Positions 1 through 12,297 are shown, counted from the stretch's first letter. The stretch: DNA of 64,000 bases from an uncultured Chloroflexia bacterium (GCA_963734535.1 CAVTHS010000014.1:256001-320000); one strand, 5' to 3'. Numbers and translations: made by a program. The notes: generated from the sequence alone by a model not told the origin.

Positions 1-844
1 CATCAAGCTCTTTCCCGCGGCGATCGCGCTCTACTGGGTCGGACGGCGCGACTGGCGAAGTCTCGGCGCCTTCGTCACGACGTTGGGCGGCCTCGCGCTC
101 CTCCAGCTGGTCCTCGCGCCCCAGGCGACCGTGGACTACGTAACGGCAGATCACCCTGAAGCAGGTCGGAGCCGTCACCAACCTGTCGCCGTACGCCGTC
201 TCGCCGTTGCTTTGGGGTGCGCTCGTCTTCGTCGGAGTGGGCATCGTCCTCCGGCTGGCATCGACTCGGTGGTCGGAGCGGATCAACGCGGGCTGGTCGC
301 CGCATCGCTGTGCTCCTCTGGCGCTTGGCCGGCCGTATCGGAGTTGGACGACCCACGAGACCGGGCGTGGCTCGTCGTCCTCTTCGGCCTCAGCACGCCA
401 CGTGGTGGATCGGCGATGCGGGGCGGCGTCTGGCATACGGGCCAACTATTCGCGTCGGTCCTGATGTTCACCGCGCTTGCTCGAGGCGCACGGGCGACGC
501 CGCACGCTGCTCCTGGGCCTCCTGGGCGAAGCCGGATTCCAAAGCCGGCCGACGCTCGCGCGGCCTTTCCGTACTGGGCATGGCGAGTCTGCCGGACGGC
601 AGCCGGACACAACTCAGGCGACGCTCTCCAGCGACTTGGCACTGCTGGGTGTCGGCGCTGCTCCGGCGCTCCTGTTCGCGCTGTGGTACAACGCCTCCCG
701 CTTCGGCACCCGCTGATCCGGCTAGCGCTGGCGCGCTCCACCGGGCCGGGGGTGGCCCGCGGCGGTGATCCTGAGCGTAGTTGCCACGCCACGGCTTCTC
801 GTCTACATGTTCATGACCTTCGTCGCCGTCCTCACGTCCCCTGA
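1..844 (+). pseudogene. Frameshift-riddled fragments of membrane GT-C glycosyltransferase(s): a GT87-like C-terminus followed by a segment resembling the 31259-32542 protein
   Basis: Frame from nt 2 reads IKLFPAAIALYWVGRRDWRSLGAFVTTLGGLALLQ (GT87-like K-x-x-P motif). Later fragments read AWLVVLFGLST, GGVWHTGQLFASVLMFTAL and LEAHGRRRTLLLGLL in different frames. Confidence 0.45.
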
Positions 845-938
845 CAGGCGCCGCCGATAGCCTCCGCGGGGTGTTCTTGTGTCCGTTCCCAGACCGGTGA
901 CGGCCGATCATGATCACGCTTGCTGTAAGGTCGAAGTC

Positions 939-2627
939 ATGCTTCGACGCCTCGGCCGCACCGATATGGTCGCCTTGGCGACCCTCTGTCTGGCCGGGGT
1001 CGGCATTCCGCTCTGGCTTTCCGCTGCTGCCGGAGCCATCGGCCTCCCGGGCAACGACGACTGGGTCTACATGCGGGCCGCCGGCAGCCTGTTCCGCACG
1101 GGCAACGTCGACTTGCCGGGGCACACGGCAGCCTTCGTCGGGCAGCTCGTGATCGTCCAGCCGTTCCTGTGGCTGTCGGGGGGAAACCCCTGGGCGTTCA
1201 CCGCATTCGGGCTGACCGCAACGTTGATTGGTGTTGTGTCCACATACCTCCTCGCCCGACGCTTTGTCCTGACGGTCTCGGCGGTCCTGGTCGTCCTGCT
1301 CGTGGAGGTCTTCCCCGGGTTTGCCCGCGAATCGGCCAGCTTCATGACCGATGTCCCCGCCTACGCGCTCACCATGCTCAGCCTGCTCCTGGGGATCAGG
1401 TGGCTTCAGGGCGATGGCAGAAGAGCGACCTTCGTGGCGGCTCTCGCGGTCGGTGTTCTTGCCTTCAGCATCCGTGAGTTTGCGATCGCGGCGCCCGTTG
1501 CGATCCTGGTCGCCGCCTGGACCCGGAACCGTGCTGACGAGCGAATTTGGCTCGCGGGCCTGTCGGCGATCGTCGCCGTCGGGGTGGCAGCGGTCGTCCG
1601 CATTGCGGCCCTGATGCCAGGCCATGGCGCGGTGGTGACACCCCACCCAGGACAGTTGGGCCTGCTAGGCCCGGCCTTCACGACCCTCGGTGCGGTCCTC
1701 CTGCCCGCGGCCGCGCTCGCGATGGGTCGACGGATCGCGACCTTCAGCCCGGCACAGACCATCCTCGGCGCCGGGCTCGTTTGCCTCTTGGTCGCGCCGC
1801 TATCCGGCACGCTCGTCGGGAACCTCTGGATGCCAAATGGTGCGGCGGGTGATGATCTCCTCACTGGCACCCGGGGTGCCGTGATTGGCGCGGTCGCGTG
1901 GGCGCTCTCGAGCCAGCTCGCCTTCTTCGCGGCAATGCTCGCCGCGGCGCTGGCCATCCGTTGGGGCCACCGCAGCCTCGCTGGAGCCATTTCGTTGTCG
2001 ACAGCCACCGAACGGGCGATCCGCATCGCCCGGAGCCGTGAGGGGCCCATCGTGCTCTTCCTCGGCGCTTACGCTGGAGAACTCGCTGTCTTCACCTCGT
2101 TGAGTTACCCGCTCGATCGATATCTCTACCCGCTGGTCCCGGCAGCCGCAATTCTCCTGCTGCGGGGCAGCGCGCGGCCTTCCTGGTTCGGTCGAAACCA
2201 AGCCATTTCCCACGCTGCCTTCGCGTGGCTCGCCGCCTCGGCGTTCGTCATCGCTAGCAACTCATTCGCCTACGACGCGGCCCGATATCGGGAAGGCGAG
2301 GCGACCGTAGCCCTAGGCTATGACGCGCGCACGATTGACGCTGGTTACGAATGGGTCGGCTATCACGCGACCGGGGTTGGCAACTCGGTTTCTCCCGAGT
2401 ACGGCCTGAAGTGGTACGACGACATGCTGTTGCCATCCCGCCCCTGCGCCGTTCTCTCGAACAGCCCAGTGGACCTCCCCGGTTTCAGACTGATTAGGGT
2501 CAACCGATCGGCGTACCTGCGGTATCTCTTCTTCGGTCCGGCGGAGCCGCTCTACCTCTACGGCTCCCTTGCCGCTGGATGTCCGCCGGCTCCTGCTCCC
2601 GTCGCATGGGCGACGCCGCCGCCCTAG
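939..2627 (+). CDS. Multi-pass membrane glycosyltransferase (GT-C fold, ArnT/PMT-like)
   Basis: Acidic motif GNDDWVY after TM1, SFMTDVP, and C-terminal DRYLYP; many TM helices. Start taken at ATG 939 within ORF 879-2627. Confidence 0.7.
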   Translation: MLRRLGRTDMVALATLCLAGVGIPLWLSAAAGAIGLPGNDDWVYMRAAGSLFRTGNVDLPGHTAAFVGQLVIVQPFLWLSGGNPWAFTAFGLTATLIGVVSTYLLARRFVLTVSAVLVVLLVEVFPGFARESASFMTDVPAYALTMLSLLLGIRWLQGDGRRATFVAALAVGVLAFSIREFAIAAPVAILVAAWTRNRADERIWLAGLSAIVAVGVAAVVRIAALMPGHGAVVTPHPGQLGLLGPAFTTLGAVLLPAAALAMGRRIATFSPAQTILGAGLVCLLVAPLSGTLVGNLWMPNGAAGDDLLTGTRGAVIGAVAWALSSQLAFFAAMLAAALAIRWGHRSLAGAISLSTATERAIRIARSREGPIVLFLGAYAGELAVFTSLSYPLDRYLYPLVPAAAILLLRGSARPSWFGRNQAISHAAFAWLAASAFVIASNSFAYDAARYREGEATVALGYDARTIDAGYEWVGYHATGVGNSVSPEYGLKWYDDMLLPSRPCAVLSNSPVDLPGFRLIRVNRSAYLRYLFFGPAEPLYLYGSLAAGCPPAPAPVAWATPPP

Positions 2628-3945
2628 TGTCCTGAGTCACAAGTACTCTATATGATAGAGGCATCTCTCATGGCCGCACGAACCGGGAGGATGCCGATGC
2701 CCAGGGGACGCCCCCTCGAGGAGCTCACCGTGACGGCGGAGGAACAGGCGACGTTGACCGGCTGGACTCGCCGGCCGACGACGGCTCAGGCGCTGGCCCA
2801 CCGGGCACGCATCGTGCTCGGGGCCGCCGAGGGCCGCTCGAACAAGGACATCGCCGCGACGCTGCGGATCACCGAGCCGACGGTCGGCAAGTGGCGGCGG
2901 CGAGTTCCTCGCCGGGCGCCTCGACGGCCTGCTCGACGAGCCGCGCCCAGGGGCACCGCGGACGATCGGCGACGCCGACGTCGAGCGGGTCATCGCGCTC
3001 ACCCTCGAGTCGGCGCCGCGCGATGCGACCCACTGGAGCACCCGCTCGATGGCCGTCGCGACCGGCTACAGCCAGAGCTCGATCAGCCGGATCTGGCGGG
3101 CCTTCGCCCTCGCGCCACACCGGAGCGAGACGTTCAAGCGAGCACGTTCGATGCGCGCTCTTCATCGAGAAGGTCCGCGACGATCGTCGCGGCTTCCTCG
3201 CGCCGCCCGCGCGGGCGCTCGTCCTCTCGGTCGACGAGAAGACGCCAGATCGAGGCGCGTCGACAGGACGGCGCCGGCCTGCTGCGTCCCGGGCCAGGTC
3301 GAGCGCCACACCCGCGGACTACGAGCGCCTGACGACGAGCCTGGTGTCGCCGCCCTCGACGTGGCGCCGGTCGTCCAGGAGCTCGGCGAGTGCCAGACCG
3401 ACGCCACCGGGCGGACAGTTCCGGCGGCCGTCGCTCGACGCATCGAGACGGCGTTCCTGGATCGCCCGACCTCGGCCAGGTCCACGTCATGCCTGTGCTG
3501 GTTGGACGATGGTCTGGCGGCAGCGCGCGCTGACGTCCGCACTCGTGGCCGCGCGCTGGCTGGTGAGCCGGGCCTCGCTACTGGCACCGGACCATTACAC
3601 GCCAATGGCGCTTCCTGGCTCACGGAGCTGGGAGCGAGTCGAGTCGGGTACCTTCGCGCTGCTCGCCGAAAGGCAGCGTCCGCCGCGGCGCCCATGACGC
3701 AGCGCCGGCTCGATCTCGGCGCCGCGATCGGTCGCCTACCTCTGGACAATCCTGCGGACCTCACGAGAATTCGCCGAGGCACCCTCGCCGGTCATCTGTG
3801 GCCCCGTACACGAGCGCCGTACGCAGCCACGATCCTGCTGCTGGCCGTGAAGCCGGCCTTGCGTCTGCACCTCGGCGACGCACGTCCTAGCGTTGAGCGC
3901 AAGGACGACGCTCGTCCCGGTGCTCGCCGTCGCCGCACGGGGTGA
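2624..3945 (+). mobile_element. IS630-family insertion sequence with a frameshifted or degraded transposase
   Basis: Left end CTAGTGTCCTGAGTC at 2624. N-terminal HTH reads ARIVLGAAEGRSNKDIAATLRITEPTVGKWRRR, then across a frameshift LDGLLDEPRPGAPRTI...THWSTRSMAVATGYSQSSISRIWRAFALAPHRSETFK, then VLSVDEK. The right end is not recognisable. Confidence 0.8.
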
Positions 3946-4125
3946 GGGCGGCTTGGCCGCACGTCTCCCGCCGACACGAGAGTGGACCGACCGCATGCCG
4001 CCATGACGCCGATGACGATTGGCCGGATGAGCGCCGCGCCCGGCCCGTGCAGCCCTCGCGGCTGTCCCGCCGTGCGTTGACGGCGGGAGCCCTCTGCCAT
4101 TCCGCACCGCTAGGATTGCGTATCC

Positions 4126-4859
4126 ATGCCAGAGCCCCTCACCCCAGAGCCCCTCGTCGCCGTCGTCATCCCTGCCCTCAACGAGGCGGGGAAGATCGGG
4201 CGCGTCCTGGACAAGATTCCCGCGCGACGGGCGCTTCGAGGCGATCGTCGTGGACGACGGCTCCACGGACGGGACCGGCGACGAGGCGCGGGCGCACGGC
4301 GCCGCGGTCGTCGTCCGCCACGAGGTTCGGGGCGGCGTGGGGGCCGCGATCCGCGACGGCTGGAAGGCCGGCCTTGCGCGCAACCGCCCGTACCTGGCGC
4401 TGGTCTCCGGCGACGACCAGCACGAGCCCGGAGGAGCTGGCCGGCGCGCTCGATCGCCTGATCGCCGGCAAGGCGGACTACGTCCAGGGCTCGCGCTGGG
4501 TGCGCGGCGGCCACGTCGTCGGGGCCACCGGCGGGCGCGGGTTCGGGACCCGGGTCTACTCGATCGCGTTCAGCGTGCTCGCGTTCCACCGCGTCACGGA
4601 CGCGACGAACGGGTTCCGCGTCTTCCGCTCGGAGCTCCTGCGCGACCCCTCGATCGACCTGGACCAGGCCTGGCTGGACAGCTACGACCTGGAGCCATAC
4701 GTGCTCTACAAGGCGATCCGGGGGCACCATCGGGTCATCGAATACCCGGTGACCGTCCGGTATCACGCCGCGGAGGGATACACGAAGATGCGGGGGATCC
4801 GCGACTGGTGGCGGCTGTTCCGGCCTGCCTTCCTTCTTCGATTCGGGGTGAAGCGATGA
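4126..4859 (+). CDS. GT2 glycosyltransferase (polyprenol-phosphate mannose synthase-like), two frameshifts
   Basis: VVIPALNEA, VVDDGSTDGT, SGDDQH and DYVQGSR...VTDATNGFR motifs spread over three frames. Confidence 0.8.
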
Positions 4860-5839
4860 CGTTCGAGGTCGACCGCGCCTTCGCGGGGCGACGCGTGCTG
4901 GTGACCGGGGGGGCCGGATTCGTGGGCGGGGCGGTGGTTCGCCGGCTCGTGGAGCAGGGCGCCCGCGTGACGGTCCTCGACGACCTCTTCACCGGGCGCG
5001 CCGACACGTTGCCCTCGTCCGCCCAGTTCGTCGAAGGTTCGGTGACGGACGCGCCGCTGGTGCGGGACCTGGTCGCCGGGGCCTCGGTCGTCTTCCACAT
5101 GGCCGCCCGGAACATCATCGCGAGCACGCAGAACCCGCGCGACGACTTCGAGACCAACATCGGCGGGACGCTCAACGTCCTGCTGGCGGCGCGCGACTCG
5201 CGGCCGGACCGGGTCGTCTACACGTCGTCGGCGTCGGTCTACGGCAACCCGCGCTCGATCCCGATCAACGAGGACGACCGGCTGGTCATGCTCTCCCCGT
5301 ACGCGGTCAGCAAGCTGGGCGGCGAGAACTACTGCAACGCGTTCCACGAGAGCTACGGGCTCTCGGTGGCGGTGGTCCGCTACTCCAACGTGTTCGGCGA
5401 AGGCCAGCGGCCGGACAACCCGTACTGCGGCGTGGTCAGCAAGTTCTTCGCCTCGGCGATGGCCGGCGAGCCGCTGTCCGTCCACGGCGACGGCGAGCAG
5501 ACGCGCGACTACACGTACGTCGACGACGCGGTGGCGGCCACGCTCCTCGCCGCGATCCACCCGCGCGCCGAGGGCGAGGTCTTCAACATCGGCACGGGCA
5601 TCGAGACGTCCGTCAACGCGCTGGCGGCCGGCGTCCTGGCGGCTGTCGGCCGGGACGTGGAGATCCGCCACGTCGACCGGCGGGACATCGACAACATCCG
5701 CCGCCGCGTGGTGAACATCGAGAAGATCCGCCGGATGCTGCGCTGGTCGCCCCAGGTCACGCTGGCGCGGGGTCTCGCGGACACGGCCGAGTGGCTCGCC
5801 CGCGAGGGCGAGCGCGCGGGGCTGGGCACGCCCGGGTGA
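4856..5839 (+). CDS. NAD-dependent nucleotide-sugar epimerase/dehydratase
   Basis: TGGAGFVG Rossmann motif, SSASVYG, YAVSK (YxxxK) and GDGEQTRDY; ATGA overlap with the upstream stop. Confidence 0.9.
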   Translation: MTFEVDRAFAGRRVLVTGGAGFVGGAVVRRLVEQGARVTVLDDLFTGRADTLPSSAQFVEGSVTDAPLVRDLVAGASVVFHMAARNIIASTQNPRDDFETNIGGTLNVLLAARDSRPDRVVYTSSASVYGNPRSIPINEDDRLVMLSPYAVSKLGGENYCNAFHESYGLSVAVVRYSNVFGEGQRPDNPYCGVVSKFFASAMAGEPLSVHGDGEQTRDYTYVDDAVAATLLAAIHPRAEGEVFNIGTGIETSVNALAAGVLAAVGRDVEIRHVDRRDIDNIRRRVVNIEKIRRMLRWSPQVTLARGLADTAEWLAREGERAGLGTPG

Positions 5840-6554
5840 ATCGCGATCCGGGTCGCGGGAGGCCGAGGCGCTCTCGAACGAGCCATCGGAACTGGAGCTC
5901 CCTGGCGTTCCTGACGAGATCTACCGCAGGCGGTTCCCGGAGCGCGAGCACCGGGAGAAGGTGGCGCTGTGGCGGGTGCTGGCGCCGTACCTGGACCGTC
6001 TCTTCCCGCCCGGCCCGATCCTCGACGTTGCCTGCGACCGGGGCTACTTCGTCGGCAACGTCTCGCGGACGGAACGCTGGGCGACGGACCTTCGGGACAC
6101 CTCCGCGGACCTTCCACGCGACGTCCGATTCGTGCAGGCCAACGGCCTGGGCCTGGCGGACGTCCTGCCCGGCGCGTACTTCGCCGGGGTCTTCATGAGC
6201 AACTACCTCGAGCACCTGGCGACGAGCAACGAGGTTGTCCGCCAGCTGGAGGTCGCTCGCTCCCTGCTGCGGCCGAACGGACGCGTCGTCGTGCTCCAGC
6301 CGAACGTCCGGCTCGTCGGCGGGGCGTACTGGGACTTCATCGACCACCACGTCGCGCTCACCGAGCGCAGCCTCGTGGAGGCGGCCGAGCTCGCCGGCCT
6401 CCGAACCATCGAGGTTCGCACGCGGTTCCTGCCGTATTCGACGAAGAGCCGCCTGCCGAAGCACCCCGCCCTCGTGCGGGCGTACCTCGCGTTCCCGCCC
6501 GCGTGGCGCCTCCTGGGCAAGCAGACCCTCTACGTCGGCGAGCGTCCCCGTTGA
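5836..6554 (+). CDS. Class I SAM-dependent methyltransferase (start uncertain, possible 5' frameshift)
   Basis: ILDVACDRGYF, MSNYLEHL and LLRPNGRVVV motifs in ORF 5961-6554; the frame stays open upstream to about 5838. Confidence 0.8.
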
Positions 6555-7656
6555 CCGTCGGCGAATCCTCGGCCGGTGGCCTCCGACTTCGAAGCCTGAT
6601 CGTCCTTGGGATCGTCTCGAGCTGCATCGCGATCGCGCTCCTGGTCGCCGCGGTGGATCCGTCCCGGACGCTCGCGGTCATCCAGCGCGCCCAACCCGGA
6701 CCGCTCGTCCTTGCCGTCGGCATCCTGGCGGTCCAGACGATCGTCCGGGCGGCCCGCTGGCGGCTGTTGCTCGGAAGGGGCGGCGATGGGGCACGACTGC
6801 CGTTCGGCCTGGTCCTCCGAGCGCTGCTCATCGGCTACCTGGGGAACGCGGCTCTGCCGCGCGGATCGGTGAGGCGGCGCGGGCCGGCGTGGTCGCCCGC
6901 GCTTCCAGTCGCGCCTTCGGCGCGGTCCTGGGCTCGGTCCTTCTCGAGCGGCTGATCGACCTCGTCGCGCTGGCCGTGCTGGTGCTGTCCGCCTCGGTGT
7001 TCGCCCCGGTGCCGGTGCTGGTCATCGACGTCGCGGCGGTGGTCGTCGCGATCGGGCTCGGCGCCGGGCTGATCCTGGCGGTCGCCGGGCGGCGACTGGG
7101 GAGGGCTGGCTCGGGGAACCCGGTCGGGCTGCGCCAACGCGCGGTGGCATTCGGTCGTCACATGCTGGCCGGCGCGCTCCACCCGGGGCGCGTCGTGATC
7201 CTCACCGCCGGTGCGCTCAGCCTCGTGGGATGGCTGCTCGACGCCGCGCTCTACCTCGCGGCGGCGGCGTCGCTTGGGATCGCGCTTCCTGCGGGCACGG
7301 CGGTGATCGTCGCTGCTTCGGGGGCGCTGGCGACGGCATTGCCCGCGGCCCCCGGGTACGTGGGGACCTACGATCTGGCGGCCGCGGCAGTCGGCGCAGG
7401 CCTTGGCCTGGATCCCGCGAAGGCGGTGGCCCTCGCGGCGGTGGTGCACGCGATGGTCCTTGTCCCCATCGCGTTGGCGGGGGCCGCCGCGCTCGTCGGC
7501 GAGACGGTCAATGGGCGGTCGGTGCGGTTCTTCGGTCCACGTCGGATCGCCGACGATCGCGGCTGCCGGCAGACGGGCTCGGGAACCGTGAGCTCGATCG
7601 TCCAGGACGACCTCCAACGTCGAGGCTGCCGCGACGGGCCATGGAGGTCGTCGTAG
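6551..7656 (+). CDS. Lysylphosphatidylglycerol-synthase TM domain / UPF0104 flippase-like protein, frameshift near 6860
   Basis: RAARWRLLL, GYLGNAALP then ARIGEAAR, LERLIDL and PAAPGYVGTYD family motifs. Confidence 0.8.
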
Positions 7657-7706
7657 ACGGGTAACGTGGAGCCGCCCGGCCACCGGGGGGCGGTGACCGA
7701 TCGGCC

Positions 7707-9194
7707 ATGGAGGATCTCGTGACCCGCGACCGTCTCTGGACGCTCCTGGCGATCCTGCTCCCGGTCCTCGGCGCCACGATTGCCCCGCTCTCGACGGTTG
7801 ACCTCGCCTACCAGGTTCGGGTGGGCGACCTGATGCGGGCTTCGGGTTCCGTGTTGAGCACGGATCCGCTCACGTTCACGGCGGCCGGGCAGCCGTGGCT
7901 CAACCAGCAGTGGGGCGCGGGCGTCCTCCTCTCGCTCGGCTACTCCGCCGGCGGATGGGCCGGGCTCGCGCTGCTCCGGGCGCTCCTGGTGGGATTGGCG
8001 GTCGGGCTGGTCTTCTGGACCGCCCGACGATGGCTTTCCGCGCGCCCGGCGGCACTGCTGGCCCTTGGGGCTTCGTCGTCGGGATCGGCGCGCTCGCATT
8101 GCGCGCGCAGCTCTTCGGGATCGTCTGCTTCGTCCTCGTGGTCGCGCTCCTCGCGAATCGCCGGGCGCGACCGCGCCTGGCGTTCGCCGTGCCGCTCGTG
8201 GTCCTCGCCTGGGCGAACCTCCATGGGAGCTTCTTCCTGGGTGTGGGCGCCGCGGCGCTGGCTTTCCTCGCCGACGTGCGGGCGCCTGCGCCGCTGATGC
8301 GCCGGAGCCTGGTCGATCCTCGCGCTCACGGCCGCCGCGAGCGTCGTCACGCCGTTCGGCGCGGGCTCCTGGTCCTATGCCGTTGGGCTCTCGACGAACG
8401 GGGACGTGGCGCGCCTCGTGTCCGAGTGGCAGCGGACCAGCCCGCTTTCATTCGCGGGGGGCCTCTTCTACCTGACCGTCCTGGTCGCCGTCCTGGTCCT
8501 CGCCGCCGCCCGGCGTCGCGAACGGTGGTTGCCAGCGGTGCCCGGCCTGCTCTGGCTTGGCGGGCTGTTCGTGGTCGGTGCGTGGGCGGAGCGCGGGATC
8601 GTCTGGTGGGCGTTCGGGGCGCCGGTGGTGCTGGCGCCCGCTCTCGCGCGGCTCCGGGGCCCCGGCGTCGAGGCGGGGCCACCCAGGGCGGCGCGGCCCG
8701 AACCCGCGGCGCTGCGGCGCCTCAACCTCGGGATCGCGCTGGCCCTCGTCGCGCTCGTCGTCCTGCTCCAACCGATCTGGCGGCCGTCGGCGACGCTCGC
8801 CGGTCCGGACGGGCTGCTGACCGACGCGCCGGTCGGGCTGGCCGCCGCGTTGCGCGCCAGCGGCACCCCATCCGACCGCGCGGTGGTTCCCCAGCGCTGG
8901 GCATCGTGGCTCGAGTGGGCAGCGCCCGGCATCCCGGTGATGGTGGATAGCCGGATCGAGGTCGTGCCGCCGTCCGCCTGGACGGACTACCTGGCCATCG
9001 CCGCGGGGGGGCCGGGCACGCTCGAGACGCTCGGCCGTATCCGGGCGTCGCTCGTGGTCGTCGACCGCCGCGAGCAGGGGGCGCTGCTGCGCACGCTCGA
9101 GGCCTCGGACTCCGGTTGGCGCCTGGTCGCAGAGGACGCGGACGGTGCTGTCTTCCGGCCCTCGATCACGAGCGATCGCCCGAGCGGCGGTTGA
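7707..9194 (+). CDS. Multi-pass membrane protein, probable GT-C glycosyltransferase, two frameshifts
   Basis: DLAYQVRVG...DPLTFT...WLNQQW, LAWANLHGSF, VSEWQ and VMVDSRIE motifs across ORFs 7707-8297, 7895-8950 and 8406-9194. Confidence 0.65.
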
Positions 9195-9282
9195 TCGTGG
9201 TGCCGCGTCGCCACTCGGGCATGCCGCGGCGCCGGACGATCAGGGGATATCGCGCCACGAGGGGACTGGTACCCTCGCGGCC

Positions 9283-10484
9283 ATGACCAATGCATCGCTG
9301 GACGTCGTCGTTCTGGGCGGTGGAGGACATGTCGGGCTGCCGCTGAGCCTCGCCCTCGCGGACAGCGGGCTGCGGGTGGGCATCCACGACATCAACCAGG
9401 CCACGCTCGACGGGATCGGTGCCGGGAGGATGCCGTTCCGCGAGGAAGGAGCGGCCGACCTCCTGGCGCGGGTCCTCGCGACGGGCCGGCTTGCGCTGTC
9501 GGCGGATCCCTCGATGGTGGGCGACGCGGACTGCGTGATCGTGGTGATCGGCACGCCGGTCGACGAGTTCCTGGGCCCATCGATGACGGTCTTCGAACGC
9601 GCGGTGGACCAGATCGCGGGCCACCTCCGCGACGGCGCGCTCGTGATCCTTCGGAGCACGGTCTACCCGGGCACCACCGAGTACGTCTCCCAGGCGCTGG
9701 CCGAGCGCGGGCGCCGCGTCGACGTCGCGTTCTGCCCGGAGCGGATCGCCGAGGGCCACGCCCTGGAGGAGTTCCGGACGCTGCCCCAGATCGTGGGCGC
9801 CGACGACCCCGCGGTCGGCGATCGCGCCGAGGCGATCTTCCGGCAGGCTCACCGGACCAGATCGTCCGGACGTCCTCGAAGGAAGCCGAGCTGGCGAAGC
9901 TCCTCACGAACACGTGGCGCTACATGAAGTTCGCCATCGCGAACCAGTTCTTCATGGTGGCCCACCAGGCCGGGGTGGACTACGCGGCGGTCCTGAACGC
10001 CATCCGGCAGGACTACCCGCGGGCCGCCGACCTGCCGGGTCCCGGCTTCGCCGCCGGGCCGTGCCTCTTCAAGGACACGATGCAGCTCGCCGCCTTCACC
10101 AGCGACCACTTCCCGATGGGCCAGGCCGCGATGCAGGTGAACGAGGGGATGCCCGCCTACATCGTCGGCACGCTGGAGCAGCGCCTCGGCCCGCTCCGCG
10201 GACGGACGGTCGGGATCCTGGGGATGGCATTCAAGGCGGAGTCCGACGATCCGCGCGCCTCGCTCAGCTACAAGCTCCGCAAGCTGCTCGCCTGGGCGGG
10301 CGCCCGGGTGCTCGCGACGGATCCGTACGTGCGCGACGACCGGCTGGTCCCGCTCGAGACGGTCCTCGCGGAGAGCGAGATCCTCGTCATCGGCGCGCCG
10401 CACCGCGCCTATCGCGACCTGGAGCTGGGGGACCGCGAGGTCGTCGACGTCTGGAACGCGCTCGGGCGCGGCATCCGGATCTGA
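9283..10484 (+). CDS. Nucleotide-sugar dehydrogenase (UDP-ManNAc/UDP-glucose dehydrogenase family), frameshift near 9845
   Basis: GGGGHVG, ILRSTVYPGTT, FCPERIAEG, EAELAKL, GPCLFKD and GMAFKAESDDPR. Confidence 0.9.
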
Positions 10485-10490
10485 CGGCCG

Positions 10491-11513
10491 ATGCGCATCC
10501 TCGTCACCGGCGCCGCCGGGTTCATCTGCGGCTACCTGGTTCCGGAGCTGCTGGAGGCGGGCCACGAGGTCGTGGGCCTGGACAACTTCAGCAAGTACGG
10601 CCCCGCCCGGCGGAGCTACGACGATCACCCGCGCTACCGCCTGGTGGAGGGCGACGCGAAGGACGTCGACCTCCTGCGGGACCTGGTCCGGGGCTGCGAC
10701 CAGGTGGTGGCCGCCGCCGCGATGATCGGCGGGATCAGCTACTTCCACGAGTTCGCCTACGACCTGCTCGCCGAGAACGAGCGGATCCTCGCCTCGACCT
10801 TCGACGCAGCCATCGAGGCGCACCGACGCGGGGAGCTGAAGCGGGTCGTCGTGCTCAGCTCGTCGATGGTGTACGAGTCTGCGGACGTCTTCCCCACGCC
10901 GGAGGGCGCGCAGGCGAGCTCGCCGCCGCCGGTCTCCACGTACGGATTCCAGAAGCTCGCCTCCGAGTACTTCGCGAAGGGCGCCTGGGAGCAGTACCGG
11001 CTCCCGTACACGATCCTGCGGCCGTTCAACTGCGTGGGGATCGGCGAGCGCCGCGCGGTCCGCGACACGGAGGTGATGAGCGGGAACGTGAAGCTCGCGC
11101 TGAGCCATGTCGTCCCGGACCTGGTCCTCAAGGTGCTGCGCGGCCAGGACCCGCTCCACATCCTTGGCGAAGGCGACCAGGTTCGCTGCTACACGTATGG
11201 CGGCGACCTGGCGCACGGAATCCGCCTGGCCATGGAGTCGGGCGCGGCGATCAACGAGGACTTCAACCTGTCCACGCCTGTCAGCACGACCGTGCTGGAG
11301 CTTGCCGAGGAGATCTGGCGGAAGCTCAATGGCGAGGATCGCCCGTTCCGGTACGTCGCCGATCCGCCGTTCGAGCATGACGTGCAGCACCGCGTTCCGG
11401 ACGTTCGCAAGGCTCGCGAGGTGCTCGGCTTCGAGGCCGCCACCTCGCTCTCCGGGATGCTCGACGAGGTGATCCCCTGGCTCCGCGCCGAGGACGCCGA
11501 CGGTGCCCTCTGA
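10491..11513 (+). CDS. NAD-dependent epimerase/dehydratase
   Basis: TGAAGFIC, SSSMVYE, YGFQK (YxxxK) and RPFNCVG. Confidence 0.9.
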   Translation: MRILVTGAAGFICGYLVPELLEAGHEVVGLDNFSKYGPARRSYDDHPRYRLVEGDAKDVDLLRDLVRGCDQVVAAAAMIGGISYFHEFAYDLLAENERILASTFDAAIEAHRRGELKRVVVLSSSMVYESADVFPTPEGAQASSPPPVSTYGFQKLASEYFAKGAWEQYRLPYTILRPFNCVGIGERRAVRDTEVMSGNVKLALSHVVPDLVLKVLRGQDPLHILGEGDQVRCYTYGGDLAHGIRLAMESGAAINEDFNLSTPVSTTVLELAEEIWRKLNGEDRPFRYVADPPFEHDVQHRVPDVRKAREVLGFEAATSLSGMLDEVIPWLRAEDADGAL

Positions 11514-12275
11514 GCCGATGATCGAGCAGGCCGAGGCGGTGTCTCGCCGCCGCGCCCGAGCTGACGGTCGTCATGCCTGTCTGGAACGAGGGCGAGCGGG
11601 TGGTGCCGACGATCCGGGGGTTCGTCGCGGCGGTCCACACCCCGTTCGAGCTCCTGGTCGTCCACGACATGCCCGAGGACACGACGGTGCCGGTCGTGGA
11701 GCGCCTTGCGGCTGAGATCCCGGGGCTCCGTGCGCACCGGAACGAGCTCGGTCGAGGCGTCCTGAACGCGATGAAGGCCGGAATCGCGGCCGCTCAGGCT
11801 CCCGTACGTCCTCATCACGATGGCAGACGGCTCCGACGACTATGCGAACGTCGATCGCATGGTCGGGCTGGCCCGCGGCGGAGCCGACGTCGTCGCGGCC
11901 AGCCGGTACATGCGCGGCGGGCGGCAGCTGGGCGGGCCGCGGCTGAAGCGGATGCTCTCCCGAACGGCCGGCCTCACGCTCCACTGGTTCGCCGGCGTCC
12001 CGATCCACGACGCCACGAACAACTTCAAGCTCTACAGCCGGCGCTTCCTCGACGCGACATTGATCGAGAGCGAGGCCGGGTTCGAGCTGGCCCTCGAGCT
12101 CTCCGTCAAGGCGACGCTCCAGGGCCGCAGCCTCGCCGAGGTCCCCACCACGTGGCGGGACCGGACCGGCGGGGAGAGCCGCTTCCGGCTCCGGAAGTGG
12201 CTCCCGCACTACCTCAGGTGGTACCGCGCCGCGTTCCGCGGGAGGCTCGGCCGACCTCGCTCAACCCATGCCTGA
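11503..12275 (+). CDS. GT2 glycosyltransferase (DPM1-like), frameshifted
   Basis: VVMPVWNEG, MADGSDD, DVVAASRY and HDATNNFKLY in ORFs 11573-12301 and 11820-12275. Confidence 0.8.
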
Positions 12276-12297
12276 GGCGCGGTAGCGAACGAGATGA

